Under the pieces are notes generated by a model. It ran no database searches. It saw nothing but the letters and a program-made list of their open reading frames with translations, and was not told the DNA's origin. A DNA stretch of 64,000 nt, taken from Patescibacteria group bacterium. Lineage in GTDB: Bacteria; Patescibacteriota; Minisyncoccia; Phycocordibacterales; Phycocordibacteraceae. Made by a program: the position numbers and the translations under genes. The stretch lies in assembly GCA_018970425.1 (NCBI GenBank), contig JAGWWK010000002.1:7891-71890 (forward strand). The letters run 5' to 3'. This document shows positions 47,501 through 55,827 of the stretch, piece after piece (the first letter of the stretch is position 1; every line of letters begins with the position of its first letter).

Positions 47501-48907
47501 ACCGCCCGCACCCGAGCATGAAATAGAGTAGGTCTTAGTAGCAGTCGGCGAAATAGTTACGGAACCTGTAGTTGCCCCACCAGTAGAAAAGTTGGTACCG
47601 GTGCAGCTTGTTGCGTTTGTCGAAGACCACGTAAGAATTGTGTTTTGACCCGATGACACACTGGTCGGATTCGCTGCAAGCGATGCCGTGACCGCTGGTC
47701 CGTATGAGATGAGTGTTGCGTCAAACGATGTTGTGGAGCAACGCGGCTCGGCTCCTCCAGTGCAACTTTGTCCGCCAGCATTTGGCGCAGTGGTCTGTGT
47801 ACCGGTAAACGCGGAGCAGGTAAACGATGTGCTGAAGTCATCGGTATATGTTCGCGTTGTGCAGCAGCTTGCATTCTGCGATGTGCAGTACGAAACACAT
47901 GAGTTCGTCGTATACGCTGCACTACCCACAAGCGTGCCGCCCGTACACATGCTATCGCTTACTTCTTGTGTGCTGTATGCCGCCGATACCGTCACGGTCA
48001 CACTTGCAGTTTGGGTTCCACCAGGACCCGTACAGCTTACGGTATATGTTGTTGTCGAACTCGGTGACACACTTTGAGTACCCGAGACCTGGTTGCCAGT
48101 AGAGAAGCCAGTTCCAGTGCAGCTCGTTGCGTTAGCAGAACCCCACGTGAGCGTCACAGACTGTCCTCCAGTGATCGAGGTTGCCGATGCGGTCAACGAG
48201 GCGGTCGGTTGCGCCGGAGCACTTGCGGTAATTGCGCTCCAAGCGCCGCAATTGTTGTTTTCATTTGATTCAACTACGGATCCTGCGGAGCTTGCGGAAC
48301 TTTTATCCGCGCACGCGCGAACGTACCAAACCTGCGCGGACGGAAATGTGTACGAGAATGATGCCGTCGCCGATCCATTTGCGGCGAGTGCCGCAATCGT
48401 CATGGTGCCAATATCAGTCGCGCTCGCGCCCGCGGCAGAGGTGCCGCGCTGAAAAAGTACTGTTGCGCTTGGGCTTGCCGCAGTCCCAATGTTGGAAATC
48501 GTGGCCGACAGCGCTACGGGTGATCCTACTGTTGCAGCGCTCGGAGAGACGCCCCCCGCGGTAAGGTCAGGTTGAGGCGATGCGTATGTTAATAGATAGG
48601 CGGTGTAGTTTAAGCGCGCTGTATTAGAAACTGCGGTTGTCTGGGTTGTAGTACGTGCGGTGCAGGTCGATGAAACATACGATCCTTCAATATCATATGA
48701 GCTGAGCACACCACAGCACGTGGCAGAGAGCGCACCGCAGTACGGTACACACTCGGATGGGTCGTATACAGTAGTCTGACCGACAAGCGGAGCTGTCGAG
48801 AGACACCGAGCCCCGTCTTGAACTGACGCAATCGTATACGCGCTCGCAGAGCTAGCGATGAGGAATGTGGCTACAGCGACAGCAACTATTCCTAATACTT
48901 TACTCAT
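44510..48907 (-). CDS. Giant secreted/cell-surface protein (about 1465 aa), Cys/Ser/Thr/Gly-rich
   Basis: Signal-peptide-like N-terminus (MSKVLGIVAVAVATFLIASSASA). Repeated Ig-like modules (...SCTGTGFSTG...TTTYTVSCTGPGGTQTASVTVTV). Three CARDB-like modules with an ENNNCG motif. A poly-Gly stretch of about 21 residues. A TSP3-like CQDGIDNNGNGLVDTEDPAC motif. Start chosen at MSKV. Confidence 0.75.
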   Translation of the reverse strand: MSKVLGIVAVAVATFLIASSASAYTIASVQDGARCLSTAPLVGQTTVYDPSECVPYCGALSATCCGVLSSYDIEGSYVSSTCTARTTTQTTAVSNTARLNYTAYLLTYASPQPDLTAGGVSPSAATVGSPVALSATISNIGTAASPSATVLFQRGTSAAGASATDIGTMTIAALAANGSATASFSYTFPSAQVWYVRACADKSSASSAGSVVESNENNNCGAWSAITASAPAQPTASLTASATSITGGQSVTLTWGSANATSCTGTGFSTGNQVSGTQSVSPSSTTTYTVSCTGPGGTQTASVTVTVSAAYSTQEVSDSMCTGGTLVGSAAYTTNSCVSYCTSQNASCCTTRTYTDDFSTSFTCSAFTGTQTTAPNAGGQSCTGGAEPRCSTTSFDATLISYGPAVTASLAANPTSVSSGQNTILTWSSTNATSCTGTNFSTGGATTGSVTISPTATKTYSISCSGAGGTATASRTVTVNVFTVSCSASPNPVTVGQSVSWTSAVSGGSGSYTYSWSGTDDVYGTQATVAKTYTTTGEKVATLTVQSGSASIAAACTGDPCQQSSCICSGSGCGVIVQEGVSTDVTASLPSILGVLLPLGEIRFSANVQNIGNNSISKVFSNRFQVDIGADGSYDVLLDTGGSTGTELQLEYGRTCTTGSLLRTESFTLFGAGDLDSTVRTLCTQLSSPGQCCGASVIYSTDSSGGGGGGGGGGGGGGGGGGGTNLVATNRLVASIADALSLGSYTIGVSVYSNPTTSTCPSGSTCFAGTWRSVTGTQYDVPYGGVAGVTSPVWSPVPLGSHRVRMCADSPTSQLSEINENNNCGPDYSFTVTGFDLVGGATGVESGELVGGKQVRFFGTITNEPPAFAAGGQCQATVALAAQGGCSITLSEQEVRWSTSGATVVSSVRPLTSGSPTIPASGSSNQVIVSPGESGFFSSTAVKQDMQTNGGISFPETVKGTRSASATQTTLDRVCALITGRADATAYTWGARNWSTCGSSSNLSYDGSIWRSLSGCTGPYLSDTLSCRYAGTPYALSGSYTFPTRLAAGVHTYALTSNRCIGTDVNSSVALQGGMQCSGGTLVASDNDIQDGVGFGFGTESIQSACEAITPLNGCCSVEVREHVGPTGQPFNTYYTYRAFTGATLVQRDSYTTGYGGMNQKNYNFFAGFNRSACSDTCGATITIPNQGAKCSLTASPSIITAGQSASLAWSAPGAATFTIDRGIGSVTPATQGTRSVSPTETTTYTGTFTENLSSYAFSGSAPVAFQIDIGSNGSTDVTLTGPTLTGLAPQASVQSISEAWTAVPGAHRVRICANTPLGTPEGNTANNCGAWYAVTIATPTQCQDGIDNNGNGLVDTEDPACSSGTDTTEESNVPAALSLSASRSAVRLGGSVTLSWSAADVVKNSCRLTSSRGASWTLAGESGSQETGAIPGETTYTLSCRSMQSGQTVSVSTSVKLAPRYEER
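46738..46797 (-). repeat. Triplet-type simple repeat (CCG/CCT-CCG-CC on the plus strand) encoding the poly-Gly tract of the giant protein
   Basis: Low-complexity run read directly. Confidence 0.85.
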
Positions 48908-49757
48908 ATCGCCACGCATGAAGTTCAATAAATCCAGGGGCTTCGCCGACAACTCGCTCTGCCCCGCTCACGAGGTCGACTAGGGTGAGGGTCGTGGTCT
49001 CAAGATCGCCGTACGCGCTCAGAAGGTACCTCCCGTCAGGAGAAAAGACAAGACTGTGAGACGCAAATGACGGCGTCAGAAGTATAGGGACAAAAAAACC
49101 ATTTTCATTTCTGAATACCTGCAGTGAACGGTCTGCGGAGGCAACCCAGGCGACTCGTTGCCCGTCTTGCGAGACAGTGAAGGGTGTTGTTTCGGTAACA
49201 GGTACCGGACTTTCAACAAGGACGACAGGCGGCGTATCCGCGTATGAGAGCAGAAGAATACCTTTTTCTGTAAGCGCAATCGTGCGCTGCGTACCGGTTG
49301 GGAATGCGTTAAATCCCGTACCCACATCAAGTCGATCGCCGTGCGTAACGGCGCGCGAGACAACCCACGTCCCAGATGCTGACTGCGTTGCAAATGCGAT
49401 ACTGCGCCCATCTTTTGACCACTGCGGCGCTTTCACAACCCCATCGGAGAGCAGCACCTCCGTTCTTCTTCCACGCTGAAGCACCGCAAGCGCTACTCCC
49501 CCCGGCATGCGCTCGACCTGTGCTAATGTATCGGGCTCCGTAGAGGGTACCGCCGCGAGCACACGCGGCTCGGGGCGCAGCAAAAGCTCAGCGCCAAGTG
49601 GTGAAAGTGTTAGTTCTCCAGCTCTAACCGCCCCATCTGTGGCGATCTGCGAAATCGCAACCGCTCCGCGCAGAGGGCCAATGAAAAAAATAATGATGCT
49701 CGCGAGCGAAGCAAATCCTAAAACAATAGCGCCGCCCAAGACTACGCTGCGGTCCAT
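48900..49757 (-). CDS. Membrane-anchored PD40/TolB-like beta-propeller repeat protein (copy A)
   Basis: N-terminal TM helix, PD40-like repeats (SKDGRSIAFAT, SQDGQRVAWVAS, SPDGRYLLSAYGD); paralog of 51641-52267. Confidence 0.5.
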   Translation of the reverse strand: MDRSVVLGGAIVLGFASLASIIIFFIGPLRGAVAISQIATDGAVRAGELTLSPLGAELLLRPEPRVLAAVPSTEPDTLAQVERMPGGVALAVLQRGRRTEVLLSDGVVKAPQWSKDGRSIAFATQSASGTWVVSRAVTHGDRLDVGTGFNAFPTGTQRTIALTEKGILLLSYADTPPVVLVESPVPVTETTPFTVSQDGQRVAWVASADRSLQVFRNENGFFVPILLTPSFASHSLVFSPDGRYLLSAYGDLETTTLTLVDLVSGAERVVGEAPGFIELHAWRYE

Positions 49758-49790
49758 GCGCGTATTGTAACACTTGCACTACTCTCGTTT

Positions 49791-51638
49791 TTAGATTTCC
49801 TCAAATGATGGTGCGATCCTGCAGTCGACTGCTTTAGACACCACGCGTCCATCAAGCGCGGTGCACGAGAGCGTATAGCGAGCAGTTTGTGCAAGTCCTG
49901 GTGTAACAACTACAGACGTTGCGATATTTCCATTAACGGCGGGGATAGTACGGGTGAGGCCGGTTCCTTGTAGAGAGCATGAGCGCACCGCACGCGCCGC
50001 AAATGTAATAGAGCATTGCTCATTCTTTTTAATCAGTGGTGGGTTGATAGTGAGGACGAGCTCTGCAGGTGGCGCCGCCTCAAGTGTATCAGCAAGCGAC
50101 TCGCAGAACGGGTCATCCGGCCAATCGGCAAGTCCGTCACCATTGTTATCGACGCCATCTGCGCACTGCGCGAGAGCGGTCGCTGCGCTTCCCTCAGACA
50201 TGTCAGTTTCTGACGTACACCCTGGGTCTAACCTGTCGACGAGTCCGTCGCTGTCATTGTCTACGCCATCCGCGCACTGCGCTGGCGCAATACGTACCTG
50301 GGTATCGCACGAAACCGTACGAGAAAGCCCGGTAGTCACCCCTCCGCCGATGCACTGCGTACCTACAATTCCCGCCACTGAGCTACATGAGTACTCTCTC
50401 AAACATTTTCTACCGACAGAGTACTTGGGCTCTGTCGGTGAGGGTGAACCTCCACGAAAGACTGTAATAGACCAGAATGAATTGGGCGGATATCCAGCAC
50501 CCAGCGGATTACCGGACTCCTGTACCCACTGGCAGCAGTCTCCGTTTCGTGCCCCCGCCTCAATACATTTATCCACAAAGTAATTTGGCGGCTGGAGGCC
50601 GAGCTGCACAGCATCTTCCATTTCGGCAATTCTTCCGACTTGCGTTCCGCCTGAACAGCTCTGTCCCCCAACATCTATTTTAGGCACTGCCGTTTGTCCT
50701 GCCGGACATTGCCCGGGCTCGACTGCGCTTGCGTACCGTGCACCACCAATCATCGCCGCAACCTGTAGCACTCGGTCAAGCAACGACACCTGTGCAGAGG
50801 GTACAACACTTACAGTAAGTGATGCGCTTTTAAGACCCTCAGTACGGTACTGGGTGAGCGTTTGACGGTCCGTACCTGAAAGGCCGTCAGTGCCCGTCCA
50901 CTGATATGAGTAGGTGCCCTGCGGGCCAGACACTGCTGCCACCCACAGCACACTTTCACCTATCGATGCTCTTGATGGGTACGCACTGCACGAGACCGAC
51001 AAGCTCGGACTTGGAACAATCACGACCACTGTGGTTTTCGAGGACGCAACACCTCCTGGACTCGTACACGTGACTGAATACGTTGTATCAACTTGCGGAG
51101 CTACAAGTGCAGATCCCCGTGGCGCATTGCCAGTAGAAAAATTAGTGCCCGTGCAATTCGTCGCATTTGAATTCCACGTAAGTAGCGTTGAACTCCCAAC
51201 AAGAACCTGCTGCGGATTTGCAACAATCGACGCAGTGATTGCCGAGCTTGAAAGTCCCGCAAGGTATTTCCCCTGCTCTCCCGGAAGAGTACCTGATGGT
51301 CGATCTGTTGCCGAGTAAGGCGGAAAGCCGCTTGCAAGCGTTCCGCCAGCATAGATAGTGTAGTCAAAAATGGTGTAGCTCTGCGATGGTGTAACTGAAG
51401 CCGCATTTGTTCGCACATGCACAGAGCAACAGCCGCCCGGCGGTGTTTGAGCTCCGCATTCTGCTTGTGCTACTGCCTGCGCTCCATTGAAGATAGCAAA
51501 TCCACCTCCGTCTTGGAGATCGGAAAAAGCCGCGACAAGAGTACCTCCGGTGCACTGGGATGCATCAGTAAGAGTCATCGCAAAAGCGGGCGCCGCGAAC
51601 GTGAACATCATGAGCGAGAGCGCAAGTGAGTACCTCAT
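49791..51638 (-). CDS. Secreted Cys-rich surface protein (615 aa), paralogous to the giant protein
   Basis: Signal peptide MRYSLALSLMMFTFAAPAFA. Shared QCTGGTLVA...DLQDGGGF...GGCCSVHVR domain. Ig-like modules. Two TSP3-like Ca-binding motifs (QCADGVDNDSDGLVDRLDPGC and QCADGVDNNGDGLADWPDDPFC). Confidence 0.75.
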   Translation of the reverse strand: MRYSLALSLMMFTFAAPAFAMTLTDASQCTGGTLVAAFSDLQDGGGFAIFNGAQAVAQAECGAQTPPGGCCSVHVRTNAASVTPSQSYTIFDYTIYAGGTLASGFPPYSATDRPSGTLPGEQGKYLAGLSSSAITASIVANPQQVLVGSSTLLTWNSNATNCTGTNFSTGNAPRGSALVAPQVDTTYSVTCTSPGGVASSKTTVVVIVPSPSLSVSCSAYPSRASIGESVLWVAAVSGPQGTYSYQWTGTDGLSGTDRQTLTQYRTEGLKSASLTVSVVPSAQVSLLDRVLQVAAMIGGARYASAVEPGQCPAGQTAVPKIDVGGQSCSGGTQVGRIAEMEDAVQLGLQPPNYFVDKCIEAGARNGDCCQWVQESGNPLGAGYPPNSFWSITVFRGGSPSPTEPKYSVGRKCLREYSCSSVAGIVGTQCIGGGVTTGLSRTVSCDTQVRIAPAQCADGVDNDSDGLVDRLDPGCTSETDMSEGSAATALAQCADGVDNNGDGLADWPDDPFCESLADTLEAAPPAELVLTINPPLIKKNEQCSITFAARAVRSCSLQGTGLTRTIPAVNGNIATSVVVTPGLAQTARYTLSCTALDGRVVSKAVDCRIAPSFEEI

Positions 51639-51640
51639 AG

Positions 51641-52267
51641 CTACGGAAGTAAAGTTACTAATCCAGTAAATGTCGCAATCGTCGTTGGCTCTCGGCCTAC
51701 GTCGATCCGATACACGGTAGTCGCATTTGCGTCTATAACGGCGGCAAGCAACGTACCAGTCTGTTCAGTAAATGCGAGTGAACTTGGCCGAATTTCAGGA
51801 ATGACGGCAACCGGCTGGTAGGCACCGTTCTGATCTGCAAAGATCTGGAGCGAACCGTCGGCCGGATTCCTCCAGGCGATGCGGGCACCCTCTTGCCAAA
51901 CTGCAAACGGCGTCCGAGGATTGGCGGGGACGGCAGATGCAAGGAGGAGTGTAAGCGGTCCTGTACTCGATCCGACACGCTTCACAAGCCCCATCGGAGC
52001 AATGCTAACGACTGAACCGTCGCTCAGACGGACAAACGTCAACAGCTCATCTTGCGCCGCGGTGGTATCAGGCGTAATGGCACCCGATTGCGTATCAATC
52101 GTGAAAACTGCTGCACCAGCTTCCGTTCGCTGTATGAGACGTGCGCTTTCGCTGCTTGGTCGAACTGAGGAGAGTGTTACCGCCGCAGTCACCACCGCAA
52201 GTGTAATAAGATAAAACAGAGCGTTTCCCCACATGCGCGCACGAGGAGAATGAGAAAGAATAGTCAT
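51641..52267 (-). CDS. Membrane-anchored PD40/TolB-like beta-propeller repeat protein (copy B)
   Basis: N-terminal TM helix; homologous to copy A (QEGARIAWRNPADGSLQIFADQNGAYQPVAVIP matches SQDGQRVAWVASADRSLQVFRNENGFFVPILLTP). Confidence 0.5.
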   Translation of the reverse strand: MTILSHSPRARMWGNALFYLITLAVVTAAVTLSSVRPSSESARLIQRTEAGAAVFTIDTQSGAITPDTTAAQDELLTFVRLSDGSVVSIAPMGLVKRVGSSTGPLTLLLASAVPANPRTPFAVWQEGARIAWRNPADGSLQIFADQNGAYQPVAVIPEIRPSSLAFTEQTGTLLAAVIDANATTVYRIDVGREPTTIATFTGLVTLLP

Positions 52268-52318
52268 TACTCAAAGCGTACCACGGCACACACCAGTGAT
52301 TTTAATTTTCCACGGATG

Positions 52319-53677
52319 TTAGTTGTCTCGCAAGAACTCTATATTATTTTGAAACGCTTCGCGCTTTTTTATAACCGAATCGCCGTAGGTATAGTTGATG
52401 GGGCGTCGTGAATCGCACGCTCGCCCTGAGTAGTACCTACATGCGGCATTGCGTTCAGCAGTGTACGTCCCTCCGGCGGCACCCACATCCGCCAAGTACA
52501 GTGCGGTAGCCATGATTGCCTGTTCCGCGTCCCAGGGATTGGCCGCGCTGAGCCCAAGGGCAACTTTAATACGTTCTTCATAAAGGACCCATGTAGACGG
52601 AATGAATTGTGACGGCCCCATCGCTCCACCAAATCCACGGCTCGCGGTATACCGCGCGCCAAGCGGGCACGAGACTGGCGTTGTTGCCCAGGCCATGCCA
52701 AGCGCGGCAGTTATTCGCTCAAACGGTTGTGTGTCGCGTGGAGACTTCATCACTTGTTCGAATCGTCGCCCTGTATTTTTCCCAACCCCATCACCGCTCG
52801 CGAGATCCGTGACGAGGCACGAACCTACGTTCTTGCCTAGATCTGACTCTTGGGAAAGGATGGCGAGAACGAGCGCTGCGCGTACGCCTGTTTTTTGCTC
52901 AGCGGTCACAGCGTGCCTCAGTGCTGTGCCGAATGAAATACCTTCCGCGTCACGGAGCGGGAACAATGCACTTCGTATCTCTTCTGCCTTGCGCTGGCGC
53001 TCTGCAAGCACTGACGCGTATGCTCGCTCTTGGTTTTGCGTAATAGATAAAAGCTTCTTCTTCTCTTCCTGATTTGTTGCGATCTGGGAACGCGTCTGCT
53101 CGACATCGTATCGAGCGTCGATTTCAAGATTTCTTTTTTCAGCGAGCGCGGCTTTCTCACTCTCAGTAAGCTCTTTAACCGTGCGTACCTCTACAAATTT
53201 CTTTTCAAGATCGCGCCTTACTACAGCGATTCGCTCAATGTCGCCATACAGATCCGTGAACGAGTCCGAGCCAAGCAAGAACTCCGCAAAGGTGCGATCA
53301 TCGATTTCTCGTTGAAGCCTCAGCAGTTCCGCTAGTGACACTCGCCCGCGCGCTAATGTATCTTCATACTCAGAAATCTTTTCAGTTTTCTCTGCAATCT
53401 CATCAGACAGACGGGTTATCGTTACCGATCGCTGGCGCAACTCCGCTTCGGCTTTCTTGATAAGCGCATTGAGCCCCGTAACATCGCCCTGCAGGGTGCG
53501 TTTTTTCTCCCGAGTTTCATCAAGAACTTTTTGCCACTCTACTATCTCAGCCTGAATTTTTTCATACTCTGCTTGAAGGCGTACTTTATCAGCCTCGCTC
53601 AACATGGCGTGCGCTGGTGGCACCGCGAGAAAAAAAACTAAACATCCGAAAAAAAGACACACAAAAAAGGCCCGCAT
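52319..53677 (-). CDS. Secreted lytic murein transglycosylase (MltB/SLT family 2) with a coiled-coil N-terminal region of about 250 aa
   Basis: Signal peptide, long coiled-coil region, catalytic ESDLG and GPSQFIPSTW motifs; TATACT box 8 nt upstream of the ATG. Confidence 0.75.
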   Translation of the reverse strand: MRAFFVCLFFGCLVFFLAVPPAHAMLSEADKVRLQAEYEKIQAEIVEWQKVLDETREKKRTLQGDVTGLNALIKKAEAELRQRSVTITRLSDEIAEKTEKISEYEDTLARGRVSLAELLRLQREIDDRTFAEFLLGSDSFTDLYGDIERIAVVRRDLEKKFVEVRTVKELTESEKAALAEKRNLEIDARYDVEQTRSQIATNQEEKKKLLSITQNQERAYASVLAERQRKAEEIRSALFPLRDAEGISFGTALRHAVTAEQKTGVRAALVLAILSQESDLGKNVGSCLVTDLASGDGVGKNTGRRFEQVMKSPRDTQPFERITAALGMAWATTPVSCPLGARYTASRGFGGAMGPSQFIPSTWVLYEERIKVALGLSAANPWDAEQAIMATALYLADVGAAGGTYTAERNAACRYYSGRACDSRRPINYTYGDSVIKKREAFQNNIEFLRDN

Positions 53678-53716
53678 GGGGCCAGTATACCAAGCGCGTG
53701 CGCTATGCGCTTCGGG

Positions 53717-54361
53717 TTATGCGCCTTGCGCCTCCTCTTCTTCCTTCTTCCCTCGCTCAACAGCGTCACCAATCTGAGACATGTCCACTGTGACGGGCGT
53801 TGCTTCGACTTCTTCTTCCTGTGCGAGAGCGGCGATAGCAATAATCTCTTCAGGATCTGCAGCAAGCGTGACGCCTTGCGGCAATACAATATCTCGTGCA
53901 AGTATCTGATCGCCGACTGATGCGAGCTTTGAAATATCGACTGAGAGCTCGTGCGGAAGATTCATCGGGTCTGCTTCAACTGCGATTTCATGCATCGTCT
54001 TCACAAGGTTCGCACCAGCCTTCACCGCAGCTGACTCACCATCAAACGAAAGCGGTATGTTAACCTCCACTTTTTGACCCTTTACGATAGCGTAGAAATC
54101 GGCATGGCGCGGAATGCCTGTTACCGGATCGCGGTCAATGTCGTGAATGAGAACTGGCACTCTAGCACCGTCTACCTGCACCGTCACCACCGTCGACTCG
54201 CCAGCAGATTTAAAGACTTTCTGAAACTCACGCTGGTTTACCGAAATAGACATTGGTTCAGCCTTTGGTCCATAGACTACCGCAGGCATCTTACCGGTAG
54301 CGCGCAACGCTGAAAGCGCTTTGCCGGTCTCAGTTCGCTTGATGGCCTGAATCTCAATCAT
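53717..54361 (-). CDS. rplY: 50S ribosomal protein L25 / general stress protein Ctc, with an acidic C-terminal tail
   Basis: L25 N-terminal domain (RTETGKALSALRATGKMPAVVYG) plus the Ctc-type C-terminal domain. Confidence 0.85.
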   Translation of the reverse strand: MIEIQAIKRTETGKALSALRATGKMPAVVYGPKAEPMSISVNQREFQKVFKSAGESTVVTVQVDGARVPVLIHDIDRDPVTGIPRHADFYAIVKGQKVEVNIPLSFDGESAAVKAGANLVKTMHEIAVEADPMNLPHELSVDISKLASVGDQILARDIVLPQGVTLAADPEEIIAIAALAQEEEVEATPVTVDMSQIGDAVERGKKEEEEAQGA

Positions 54362-54423
54362 GTCGCCCTACTATACCTGACCTCTGCCCTCTTGCCAAGA
54401 GGCCTCAGCGGTTTGAACTCAGC

Positions 54424-55821
54424 TCACACCGTCAGCACAAGGAGCATGTTGGTCGAGCCGGATGCACCGAACTTTGCCCCTGCGGTGACCGCGATACGGT
54501 CGCCCGGCTCCGCAATCCCGTACGTGCGCACAAATGCAGGAATCTTGGCGAGAGCAGAGCCAAAATCGGTTATAGGCTCTACTTTAAATGGATACACTCC
54601 GCGCACGAGCGCAAGCTTTTCTAGCACAGTATCGTGTGGCGTGAGCGCAATGATCGGGCAGTCGGGCTTGAATCGTGCGACGCGCTGCGCGGTTACGCCG
54701 CGCTCGGTGAGGGCAATGATTGCTTTCGCGCCGACATCACGAGCCACATGATAGACCGACTCAGCGATACTGTCTGGTACAGAACTTGGATGTGCGGTTG
54801 GACGCTGCATACTATGCTCGATCGTCGATGCAACTCGACACATGGTGGCAACTGCTTCAACCGCATATGTCCCAAGCGCGCTCTCTTCAGAAAGCATTAC
54901 AGCATCGGCGCCGTCATACACTGCAGTCGCGATGTCTGAGACCTCGGCACGCGTCGGTATTGGCGCATGGATCATCGATTCCAGCATCTGAGTCGCGATA
55001 ATAACGGGCTTACCCAGCTCATTTGCTTTTTTAATGATTCGTTTTTGGTAGATAGGAACCATCTCCGCAGGCACTTCAATAGCAAGATCGCCGCGTGCGA
55101 CCATAACACCGTCCGCCTCAGCAAGTATCTCGTCGAGGTTTTCAATCGACTCCATAGTCTCTATTTTCGCAATGACCGGTAGTACACCGCCCGCTTCTCG
55201 TATCAACTCTTTAAGTTCTACAACATCTTGAGCGCGTCGAACGAACGAGAGCGCAATATAGTCCGCTCCATGTGACACCGCAAATGTAATATCTGACCGA
55301 TCTTTGTCAGTGATCGTTTCTATGGAAAGATACGCACCGGGAATATTTACTCCTCGGCGTGACTTCAATTCTCCGCCAACTATGACACGGCAAGTGATGT
55401 CGTGACCGTCAATGCGTATGACCTCAAGTCGCTTCTTACCGTCATCAAGCATAATTACGGTACCTGGAGCGACTTCGGATGCCAGACGCTCATAATTCAC
55501 ATATATTCGCGACTCATCTCCGGTGCACGGTACTGTCGTAAGCACAAGCGTCGACTCCGGCACGATAGTAATACGGTCAGTTACATATTCACCCGTTCGT
55601 ATTTTCGGGCCTGAGAGATCGACAAGAATTGGTACTGGTGCTCCATGTTCATTTTCTGCCTCGCGTATTCGCTGTATGCGGAGCGCATGCTCCTCATGCG
55701 ATCCGTGACTCATATTGAGTCGCGCTGCGTTCATCCCATGACTCAGCAGAGCACGGAGAGCACGCGGAGACTCACTCGCCGGTCCGATTGTCGCGACGAT
55801 CTTTGTACGCTTAGCAAACAT
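54424..55821 (-). CDS. pyk: Pyruvate kinase
   Basis: MFAKRTKIVATIGPAS...MVARGDLAIE signature. Confidence 0.95.
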   Translation of the reverse strand: MFAKRTKIVATIGPASESPRALRALLSHGMNAARLNMSHGSHEEHALRIQRIREAENEHGAPVPILVDLSGPKIRTGEYVTDRITIVPESTLVLTTVPCTGDESRIYVNYERLASEVAPGTVIMLDDGKKRLEVIRIDGHDITCRVIVGGELKSRRGVNIPGAYLSIETITDKDRSDITFAVSHGADYIALSFVRRAQDVVELKELIREAGGVLPVIAKIETMESIENLDEILAEADGVMVARGDLAIEVPAEMVPIYQKRIIKKANELGKPVIIATQMLESMIHAPIPTRAEVSDIATAVYDGADAVMLSEESALGTYAVEAVATMCRVASTIEHSMQRPTAHPSSVPDSIAESVYHVARDVGAKAIIALTERGVTAQRVARFKPDCPIIALTPHDTVLEKLALVRGVYPFKVEPITDFGSALAKIPAFVRTYGIAEPGDRIAVTAGAKFGASGSTNMLLVLTV

Positions 55822-55827
55822 AGAGCG

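Noticed and set aside
48900-48952. 53-bp overlap between the giant surface protein ORF and the PD40-A gene
   Set aside because: It is resolved by choosing the internal signal-peptide start (MSKV, 48907), which leaves an 8-nt overlap typical of coupled genes.
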